From positions 1-13,259 of the forward strand of contig JANQHR010000140.1 in the NCBI GenBank assembly GCA_028282585.1: 13,259 nt of DNA. The letters run 5' to 3'. Shown here one piece after another: positions 6,681-13,259 of the stretch. Positions within the stretch are counted from its first letter, which is position 1, and each line of letters opens with the position of its first letter. A model generated the notes under the pieces. That model ran no database searches and had not been told where the DNA came from. It saw nothing but the letters and a program-made list of their open reading frames with translations. The stretch is from Bacteroidales bacterium (GTDB taxonomy: Bacteria > Bacteroidota > Bacteroidia > Bacteroidales > UBA12077). The position numbers were made by a program, and so were the translations under genes.

Positions 6681-8615
6681 TTATACTTTTTCGAGTTCAA
6701 TGGTATATAATTCTTCAGATATGGATTGATTATTTCTAAAAAAGAATATCGCGCCCCATTCATGCTCAACTTTTAAATAAACTCTGATCACTTGATCATC
6801 AATAACAATAGTTCGAGTAATATGCATACCAAATTTATCAAATTCTTCAACGGTTTTACCCTTTGGGTAATCATTCTTAATTTGAACAAATTCCTCTGCT
6901 GTTTCTTTTGCTTTACTATAAAGCTCACGCTGCTGTTTTAATTTTTCCGCTAATGCTTTTGCTTTTCTTTCTTCTATATCATTTTGCAACTGTTCTTGTT
7001 TTTCAATCTCTGCCTGAACTTTTGCAGCCTCTTCAGCCTTTTGACGTTCTTCTGCTAATCTTTTTTCTTCTTCTAATCTTGCTAAGCGTTGTTCTTCCTC
7101 TAATGCTTTTCGAGCTTCTTCTTCTTTTCTGCGTCTTTCCGCATCTTCTTTTAATTGTGCTAATTCTTTTTCATAAGCCTCCTTTTTTAAACGCTCTTTT
7201 TCTTCGGCTACTTTTTTTAATGAATCTGCTTCAGCTTTTTGTCTGGCTTCTTCTGCCGCTTTTAAACGGGTAGCTTCTTCAGCTTCCCTTTTTGCTCTTT
7301 CTTCTGCCTCTATACGTTGCTGTTCGGCTATACGCTCTTTTTCAATTTTCTCGGCTTCTAATCTTGCCAATTCTTCTTCTCTGCGTTTTTCCGCTTCTGT
7401 TTCTTGTTGTGCTATTAATCTTGCTTTTTCTTCAGCTTCAATTCTGGCCTTTTCTACTGCAATTTTTTGAAGTGAATCTGCTATTGCTTTTTGTTTAGCT
7501 TCTTCTGCTGCCTTTCTTCGGGCTAATTCTTCCGTTTCTTTCTTGGCCCTTTCTTCAGCTTCAATGCGTTGTTGTTCGGCAATTCTTTCCTTTTCCAGGC
7601 GCTCTGCCTCTTTGCGAGCTTCTTCTTCTTTACGTCTTCGTTCCGCTTCTTCCTTTTCTTTTGCTAGTGCTAAAGCTTTCTTTTCAGCTTCAATTCGTGC
7701 AGCTTCTGCAGCAGCTAATTTTCTGGCTTCTTCTTCGGCTTTTAATTTAGCTTCTAAAGCTGCTTTTTTTCTGGCTTCTTCTTCAGCTTTTATTCTTGCT
7801 TTTTCTTCAGCTTCTTGACGCTGTTGTTCAGCTATTCTTTCCTTTTCCAGTCGTTCAGCTTCCACACGAGCTGCTTCTTCCTGCCTTCTGCGTTCTGCCT
7901 CTTCTTCTTGTTGCTTTCTTATTCTCTCCTTTTCCTCAGCTTCCTGAATTTTTCGTTCTTCTTCTGCTTTTTTTCTTGCTTCGGCAGCGGCTCTTTGTTC
8001 TTCTAACTTTTGCAAACGTTCCGCTTCTTTTGCAGCTTTTTCTGCTGCTATTTCTGCTTTTCTTTGGGCTAAAGCTTCTTCTTTTTGTTGTTCAAGATGT
8101 TCATCATGGGCTTGTTCCAATTCCCTTTCGGCCTTATCTATTTTATTCCTCATTTCTGAAGAATAATCAACATCATAATCAAAATCTCCTATCTCATTGT
8201 AAAATTTAATTATACCAACAGGTTGTGTAAAAACCAATGTATTAACACCTTCATATTGTTTAAAAAGTTCAACAGTAAAGAATATTGGTGTGAATGCTTT
8301 ATCCTGAAATCGTTCCGGAACTTCCGTATTAATATTTATTTTCTTTGTTACGAATCCATCTTTGGTAAATTCTAATATATAATTCTTATTTATGTCAAGT
8401 TCAACTTTAAACTTTCCGGATTTATCAGAAATATATGTTTCAACAAAATTACCATTTTCATATAGTTTTATTTCTCCTTCGAAGGCTTTACCCTGTTTAA
8501 ATTCTAACTTTCCTTTAATTTCCAGAAAATTTTGCGAATAAGCATTTAAAGCGCTTGAAATTATAAAAAACAGTAGTATTACCAGTATTTTATAAGTATG
8601 AGATTTATTGTTCAT
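6681..8615 (-). CDS. Exported protein: N-terminal carboxypeptidase-regulatory-like beta domain, very long E/R/K/A-rich helical tract (TolA-like composition), small C-terminal domain of unknown function
   Basis: Signal peptide ending AYS|Q. The segment IKGKL...SDKSGKF.VEL....YILEFTKDGFVTK fits a CarboxypepD_reg/prealbumin-like fold. Residues 144-583 contain no Pro or Gly. About 60 C-terminal residues look globular. The CDS is secure, its function unknown. Confidence 0.8.
   Translation of the reverse strand: MNNKSHTYKILVILLFFIISSALNAYSQNFLEIKGKLEFKQGKAFEGEIKLYENGNFVETYISDKSGKFKVELDINKNYILEFTKDGFVTKKININTEVPERFQDKAFTPIFFTVELFKQYEGVNTLVFTQPVGIIKFYNEIGDFDYDVDYSSEMRNKIDKAERELEQAHDEHLEQQKEEALAQRKAEIAAEKAAKEAERLQKLEEQRAAAEARKKAEEERKIQEAEEKERIRKQQEEEAERRRQEEAARVEAERLEKERIAEQQRQEAEEKARIKAEEEARKKAALEAKLKAEEEARKLAAAEAARIEAEKKALALAKEKEEAERRRKEEEARKEAERLEKERIAEQQRIEAEERAKKETEELARRKAAEEAKQKAIADSLQKIAVEKARIEAEEKARLIAQQETEAEKRREEELARLEAEKIEKERIAEQQRIEAEERAKREAEEATRLKAAEEARQKAEADSLKKVAEEKERLKKEAYEKELAQLKEDAERRRKEEEARKALEEEQRLARLEEEKRLAEERQKAEEAAKVQAEIEKQEQLQNDIEERKAKALAEKLKQQRELYSKAKETAEEFVQIKNDYPKGKTVEEFDKFGMHITRTIVIDDQVIRVYLKVEHEWGAIFFFRNNQSISEELYTIELEKV
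7107..7904 (-). repeat. Intragenic degenerate tandem repeat, 252 nt (84 aa) x 3 plus a partial fourth copy
   Basis: EKERIAEQQR recurs with its last Arg codon at 7818, 7566 and 7314. The Ala of AE(R/K)RR recurs at 7898, 7646, 7394 and 7142. All are exactly 252 nt apart. Units: 7653-7904, 7401-7652, 7149-7400, partial 7107-7148. Confidence 0.9.
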
Positions 8616-8625
8616 TTCACTTAAT

Positions 8626-9843
8626 TTATTCTTTAAACACGGGTACCGTAAAGGTAAATTTTGTTCCTTTACCTTCTATACTATCAACAAAAATAGTTCC
8701 CCCATTCTTTTCCACAAATTCTTTCGAAATAATTAAACCAAGTCCTGTTCCATGTTCATCAGCCGTACCTTGTGTTGATATATTTGAATCAATCTTAAAG
8801 ATATATTCCAAATTATTTTTAGGAATTCCTATTCCAGTATCAATAACAGAAATTTCAATCAAATTGTTATTTGTTAAGGCTTCAATAGAAATTTGATCTC
8901 CTTTATTCGTAAACTTAACAGCATTTGAAATTAGATTACGTAGAACAGTAGTAATCATATTTTTATCTATTAATGCATATAATTGCATTGGAACCTTTAT
9001 ATCAATATTTACGCCTTTTTCATCAGCTTTTTCTTCAAAATAAGATTTATTTTCTATGGCTAATTCAAATATATCTATTTTTTCCGGATTCACTTCAATC
9101 CTTCCGGTTTGTGATTTGGCCCATTGCAATAAATCTTCTAATAAGTTATATGCGTTATTGGAGAACTTATGAATTTGATAAATAAACTCCTGAATTTTCC
9201 CTGCATCATAACTGTTGAACCTTTCTATTAACAATTCTGTCAATCCTATTACAGTATTAAAAGGATTTTTTAAATCGTGGGCAATAATTGTAAAGAACTT
9301 ATCCTTTGTGGCATTCAACTCCTCTAATTCCTTTTTCTGTTTATCTAATTCATCCCTTTGACGTTGAATTTTTAAACTGTTTTGAGTAAGTCTTTCTTCT
9401 AAAATGTTATTTTTTCTTAAACGCTTAATTAACGACTTTAAAACAGCTTTTGATACATCCGGGTTATCTTCAATAATTTTATGAAAATCTTCCTGGTCCA
9501 ATCTTAGTAAATGAGTATCTTTAATTGCAGTAACAGTTGCAGATCTGGCAGAATAATCAATGAGCGAATATTCACCAAAAAAATCTCTATCAGTAAATTC
9601 GGTAAACACATGATCTCCATCATGAACTTTTACTTTTCCTTTTGCAATAATGTACATTGCATTAAGTTTATCACCTTTATGAAAAACGGCTTCATTTTGA
9701 ACAATAAATACATCTGTTAAAAAAGATGATAATCTTTTAAGTATTTTATCATCTGATTCGGAGAATATTATAACATCCTTTAATATAGCTATTCGATCAA
9801 TGTTTTCGTTTGATTTATCTAATCCTCTAAACCTAAGTCCCAT
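8626..9843 (-). CDS. Cytoplasmic cyclic-nucleotide-binding-domain sensor histidine kinase
   Basis: cNMP domain VFHKGD...MYIIAKGKVKV...FFGEYSLIDYSARSATVTA; coiled coil; H-box FFTIIAHDLKNPF; N-box RNLISNAVKFT; G1 DTGIGI; G2 GTGLGL. No signal peptide or TM segment. Confidence 0.93.
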   Translation of the reverse strand: MGLRFRGLDKSNENIDRIAILKDVIIFSESDDKILKRLSSFLTDVFIVQNEAVFHKGDKLNAMYIIAKGKVKVHDGDHVFTEFTDRDFFGEYSLIDYSARSATVTAIKDTHLLRLDQEDFHKIIEDNPDVSKAVLKSLIKRLRKNNILEERLTQNSLKIQRQRDELDKQKKELEELNATKDKFFTIIAHDLKNPFNTVIGLTELLIERFNSYDAGKIQEFIYQIHKFSNNAYNLLEDLLQWAKSQTGRIEVNPEKIDIFELAIENKSYFEEKADEKGVNIDIKVPMQLYALIDKNMITTVLRNLISNAVKFTNKGDQISIEALTNNNLIEISVIDTGIGIPKNNLEYIFKIDSNISTQGTADEHGTGLGLIISKEFVEKNGGTIFVDSIEGKGTKFTFTVPVFKE

Positions 9844-9919
9844 TATACTTGATTGACTAATGTCGATAATATTTCCATAATACGTGCTAATACAGCATTT
9901 GGTTGCGCCTTAACAAGAA

Positions 9920-9927
9920 CAAATATA
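9920..9927 (-). promoter_or_regulatory. Bacteroidota -7 promoter box for the cNMP-kinase cluster
   Basis: Minus strand TATATTTG matches TAnnTTTG, 76 nt upstream of the ATG at 9843 and downstream of the serine hydrolase terminator. Confidence 0.5.
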
Positions 9928-9971
9928 ATATATAAAATAGAATAATTAGACTAATATTTTAATTTGAAATT

Positions 9972-10001
9972 AAAAAACAAAGCTATACTTTGGGCTTTGT
10001 T
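9972..10001 (-). terminator. Intrinsic terminator of the serine hydrolase gene
   Basis: Minus strand AACAAAGC, 10-nt loop, GCTTTGTT, then TTTT, immediately after the stop codon. Confidence 0.6.
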
Positions 10002-10002
10002 A

Positions 10003-11328
10003 TTATTTAATCGTTAACCAATTGTTATTTATAGAACTTGGTTCATAATAATCAAATAAATCGTATGTAGGCCAGTTATCAATAGTAGCAAGACCTTTAA
10101 TCATTGTTTTATTTATTTGAACCGGAAATCTTGCTCCGTATTTTGGTGTTGTATTAATTACCAATATCCAACTTAACCCATTTTGTTCCCTTTTGAGTAG
10201 TGCCGAGGTGCCCGATAATGTTCCTGTTCGCCACCAATACCCGTTGCTATCAGTTCCTGTCCAACCGAAAGGCCTAATATATCGACTTGATTTTGTCATT
10301 TCTAAAATCGATTCCCTTGATAAAATATCCTCCCTTAAATCAAACCCATCAATTGCAACAAGAAACTTCATTAATTCAGTTGGTGTGGCTACCCAACCAC
10401 CAGCAGCTCCAAGTGTCTCAATCGAGTTTCCTCCGTAATATTTAGGCACCTTCTCTCCTGTTCCAAAACTTGATAAAACCTCACGTTCACCTTTTAATCC
10501 ATAATATCGTACTTCGTTTTCATATCTATCTCCAGGAAGTGATTTACCTAAATGCATATCATATATACCTAAAGGATTTAACACCTGTGAAACTACGTAA
10601 TCCTCGTAGCTGGTTCCCGAAACTTCTTGAATTATAAGTCCTAATAAAGCATATCCAAAATTGGAATAAGCAGTTTTTTTACCTGGTTTATAATCAAGTT
10701 TTCTATCTTTAAGAACATACCTCGTTATTGTTTCTATATCTAAAGGTAAATCCGCATTCATTTCTTTTGCAATCTTTAGGTTTTGAAACATCGGATCTCC
10801 TTTTTTATTAGTCCAACCAGTAGAATGATTTAAAAGATTTTTAACAGTGATATTTAATACATTTTTGTCCTTTATTTCCGTGAACCTGTCCTTAAAAATC
10901 CCGTTTTGTCCAAATACTGTATCATTAAGATTTATGCTTTCATCTTCGATAAGTTTCATAATAGCTACCGCAGTAATCAGCTTCGATATACTTGCAACCC
11001 GGAATAAATGTTTTGGTTCAACATTTATTTCGTTTTCCCTATCGGCATAACCAAACCCCTTAGAGTAAATTAATCGTTCGTCTTTAACCACAGCAACAGA
11101 AGCACCAACAATATTCCATCTATTCATAAATTCCTCAATCTGTTGATCCAGGCCTTGCATAGATTCATATGCGGATAATTTGTTGCTTATTCGTAAAGAA
11201 ATTGGCATTCGCTCCTCTGAAGGAACAACCTTTTCGCTTGTTGATCTATCAGAAAAACTGATAGCTATCTCAGCGAAATATACCATAATGAATAAAAAAA
11301 ATATTTTTAAAACTTTTATAAACTTCAT
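10003..11328 (-). CDS. Serine hydrolase, beta-lactamase class C / penicillin-binding-protein-like family
   Basis: N-terminal hydrophobic signal/anchor; GASVAVVKD...KGFGYAD; catalytic SxxK (FRVASISK); ITVKNLLNHSTG; YxN (PG...YSNFGY); AAGGWVAT; third motif WRTG. Confidence 0.92.
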   Translation of the reverse strand: MKFIKVLKIFFLFIMVYFAEIAISFSDRSTSEKVVPSEERMPISLRISNKLSAYESMQGLDQQIEEFMNRWNIVGASVAVVKDERLIYSKGFGYADRENEINVEPKHLFRVASISKLITAVAIMKLIEDESINLNDTVFGQNGIFKDRFTEIKDKNVLNITVKNLLNHSTGWTNKKGDPMFQNLKIAKEMNADLPLDIETITRYVLKDRKLDYKPGKKTAYSNFGYALLGLIIQEVSGTSYEDYVVSQVLNPLGIYDMHLGKSLPGDRYENEVRYYGLKGEREVLSSFGTGEKVPKYYGGNSIETLGAAGGWVATPTELMKFLVAIDGFDLREDILSRESILEMTKSSRYIRPFGWTGTDSNGYWWRTGTLSGTSALLKREQNGLSWILVINTTPKYGARFPVQINKTMIKGLATIDNWPTYDLFDYYEPSSINNNWLTIK

Positions 11329-11421
11329 AAACTTTTAATTCGTTCCCACTAAAATCAGCTATTTGAGATTAATAGCCTGACTAACTGATTCTTATTGAAA
11401 ATTTAATAAGAAAAACGGGAG

Positions 11422-11429
11422 CAAAGCTA
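11422..11429 (-). promoter_or_regulatory. Bacteroidota -7 promoter box for the serine hydrolase gene
   Basis: Minus strand TAGCTTTG(C) matches TAnnTTTG, 93 nt upstream of the ATG at 11328. Confidence 0.6.
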
Positions 11430-11535
11430 ATTAAATATCTCTAATAACAAATAATTCGTTTACAAGTTTTGATAAATGCTAATTTTTTGATGATGAGTTT
11501 ATTAACATTTTTGAATGAAAAAATCAGGAAAGTAT

Positions 11536-11568
11536 AAAAAAACCACCGTTTTCAGAAAAACAGTGGTT
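11536..11568 (-). terminator. Intrinsic terminator of the porin-family gene
   Basis: Minus strand AACCACTGTTTT-TCTG-AAAACGGTGGTT followed by TTTTT: a 12-bp stem with one U-G pair, 23 nt after the stop codon. Confidence 0.85.
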
Positions 11569-11591
11569 GTTGAAAACTTTTATGTTAAATT

Positions 11592-12245
11592 TTAGAAAAA
11601 GTAACCTAGCGAAATTACAAATTGGCTATTTCTTGAATCAAAACCGTACGAAGTATCTCCAATATTTACTCCATCAGCTAATTTACTAAGGTTTCCTTCA
11701 TATTTTGCATCAATTGTTATCTTTTCTCCCAAATCTAATCCTAATCCTACCTGATAGCCCCATGTAGCCCCATTAAATTCTTCTTTTACTTCTACATCTT
11801 CGAACATATCCAGAGCCGGATCCGAACTTAACACGATGGTTCCAACCGGTCCACCTTGCAAACGTAATGGTCCCATTTTATAGCCTACCATAATTGGAAT
11901 ATCCAATTGTCTAAATTTTTGTTCTCTAATTTCAGATATTACCTCAGTTCCACTATTCAAAGATGTAACTTCCACTTCACCGCTTGTTGATGTAAATAAT
12001 AGTTCAGGTTGTACATAGAGTTTCATTATGGTAACTCTTGCCATCACACCACCCTGAAATCCAACTTTTGCATCTTTACCTTTTACTACAAGTTCATCGA
12101 ATTCTGATTGATCAGAAACACTTATAACATCATCAGCTTTGATACTTGTAGTTGTAATACCTCCTTTAATACCAAACTTAATTTGAGCATTTGAAACCAA
12201 TGAAAATGGTATAATCAAAAATGCTATTAAAAATATTCGTTTCAT
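11592..12245 (-). CDS. Porin-family outer-membrane beta-barrel protein (OMP_b-brl_2/PorT-like)
   Basis: Signal peptide MKRIFLIAFLIIPFSLVSNA|Q; FGIKGG, GFQGG, YVQPELLF, LDIPIMVGYK, GYQVGLG, IDAKYEG and terminal SLGYFF. I prefer the ATG at 12245 over the TTG at 12254 used by the ORF track. Confidence 0.88.
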   Translation of the reverse strand: MKRIFLIAFLIIPFSLVSNAQIKFGIKGGITTTSIKADDVISVSDQSEFDELVVKGKDAKVGFQGGVMARVTIMKLYVQPELLFTSTSGEVEVTSLNSGTEVISEIREQKFRQLDIPIMVGYKMGPLRLQGGPVGTIVLSSDPALDMFEDVEVKEEFNGATWGYQVGLGLDLGEKITIDAKYEGNLSKLADGVNIGDTSYGFDSRNSQFVISLGYFF

Positions 12246-12278
12246 AATATTCAATTTTTAGTTTATTGTTCTGAATTT

Positions 12279-12294
12279 TCAAAAACCATTCCAA
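12279..12294 (-). promoter_or_regulatory. Candidate sigma54-type -24/-12 promoter for the porin gene
   Basis: Minus strand TTGGAATGGTTTTTGA has correct GG-N10-G spacing relative to TGGCACG-N4-TTGC, but deviates at CAC and has GA instead of GC. Confidence 0.3.
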
Positions 12295-12382
12295 AAAATA
12301 ATTTAGATTTTAAAACAACTTAAGAATATACTTCTAATATTTACAATGGCGAAGATAAACGTTTTTATTTTATATCTAATTA

Positions 12383-13259
12383 TTAATTTTTCTTGGCAAC
12401 TACAATATCTCTTTTTATAGACTTATCTACCATATGTTCAAACTCATCGTAAGGAGAATTGCTTAAAACCTCAAATCCAGATTTAGTAAAAATATCAGAG
12501 AGTTTTTCTCTACTTGCAAGAAATGAATTCCAGGCAACGACTACAACGCCTCCTGTAATTAGCACTTTTTTCCATTCGTTAATACTTTCTGAAAGCAAGT
12601 CCGAAGGATTTCTGGTAAATGAAGTGCTTTTAATGCTTCCTGTATTTCCGTGTACTATTCCATAAGGTAAATCTCCTACAACTAAATGAAAGAGTTTCTT
12701 TTTAAAGTACTTATAAGCATCTTGAGAATTTCCGCAAATGAACCCAACTTTTTTAGTGTTCTTTTTTGTTTCAAACTCTTCTTTCGTATTAGCAAATTCA
12801 TATTCTTGAATATTTATCGCATCTCGTTTGTTTGTTCCGTATATCCGTCTTTTTATTGAATTGTGTTTAATTCGCTCAGTTTCTAAATATTTTTTAAAGA
12901 AGAGAGCTGATTCATGAATCAACTTTGATTCATATTCAGTGCCATAAGAATCAAAACCATATACTGCTCCTTCAAAAAGTGTAGTACCTTTTCCTGCAAC
13001 GGGATCAAGCAGTTTAATCTTATCTGTATAATCAAATTCACTGGATAAAAGTGCTACATTTACCATCATTTTTGTAAATAGTTCATTTGTTTTTCCTTGG
13101 TATTTTAAAAATGAACTAATTTTAGAATCCAGATAATCATAATTTGTTTTTTTTACAGGAACTAAACAATTCTTTTTATTTAATCTTTCAAATATAAAAA
13201 TTGCAAAAACAAAAGATAATTTTGATAATAAATCTAAATCTTTTTGAATTAAATCATAT
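12383..13259 (-). CDS. TRM11-like SAM-dependent amino-methyltransferase (partial, 5' end outside the window)
   Basis: Motif I LLDPVAGKGTT and motif IV GDLPYG. The frame stays open upstream of the called start at 13069 to the window edge (YDLIQKDLDLLSKLSFVFAIF...SSFLKYQGKTNELFTKMMVNVA), so the ORF-track start is internal. Confidence 0.8.
   Translation of the reverse strand, partial: YDLIQKDLDLLSKLSFVFAIFIFERLNKKNCLVPVKKTNYDYLDSKISSFLKYQGKTNELFTKMMVNVALLSSEFDYTDKIKLLDPVAGKGTTLFEGAVYGFDSYGTEYESKLIHESALFFKKYLETERIKHNSIKRRIYGTNKRDAINIQEYEFANTKEEFETKKNTKKVGFICGNSQDAYKYFKKKLFHLVVGDLPYGIVHGNTGSIKSTSFTRNPSDLLSESINEWKKVLITGGVVVVAWNSFLASREKLSDIFTKSGFEVLSNSPYDEFEHMVDKSIKRDIVVAKKN

Noticed and set aside
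7107-7904. CRISPR array or mobile-element repeat
   Set aside because: The repeats are in-frame, degenerate and coding, with no identical direct repeats separated by unique spacers and no cas or transposase genes.
6908-8209. Five plus-strand ORFs (Leu/Phe- or Ser/Ala-rich) opposite the helical-rod gene
   Set aside because: They are shadow ORFs: the reverse complement of GAA/GCA/AAA/AGA-rich codons is CT-rich and lacks stops. No independent coding signal.
6681-8615. Calling the rod protein TolA, IF-2 or a T9SS substrate
   Set aside because: The similarity is only compositional. There is no TolA TM anchor or tol-pal context, no GTPase domain, and no YPNP- or PNGDG-type CTD motif.
8626-9843. 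Pycsar/CBASS-type defence effector suggested by the cNMP domain
   Set aside because: The domain is fused to an ordinary histidine kinase, with no cyclase, TIR or TM effector nearby, and the context is housekeeping.
834-12665. Other short antisense ORFs (834-1025, 2183-2365, 2936-3277, 3995-4189, 5604-5864, 8973-9185, 9511-9720, 10193-10438, 10847-11050, 12459-12665)
   Set aside because: All lie fully inside well-supported genes on the opposite strand and show no recognisable motifs.

Overview
AT-rich chromosomal window, most likely from a Bacteroidota (Bacteroidales/Marinilabiliales-like) bacterium. The assignment rests on TAnnTTTG promoter boxes, four signal peptides cleaved before Gln, and Bacteroidota-type outer-membrane barrels. 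Gene order: 3' end of a PAS/PAC protein gene (+), bidirectional terminator, DUF6588-like outer-membrane protein (-), rarA/mgsA (+), kdsA (+). A run of minus-strand genes follows: TPR-sensor hybrid histidine kinase, SRPBCC/AHSA1 protein, exported 644-aa charged-helix repeat protein, cytoplasmic cNMP-binding histidine kinase, beta-lactamase-family serine hydrolase, porin-family beta-barrel, and a 5'-truncated TRM11-like methyltransferase. I see no mobile element, CRISPR array, rRNA/tRNA or recognisable defence system. The best candidate for something undescribed is the tight cluster cNMP-kinase / helical-rod protein / SRPBCC, possibly with the TPR hybrid kinase. Its rod protein has a 440-aa Pro/Gly-free E/R/K/A tract containing an exact 84-aa (252-nt) repeat and an unassigned C-terminal domain. 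Any functional linkage among these genes is inference only.
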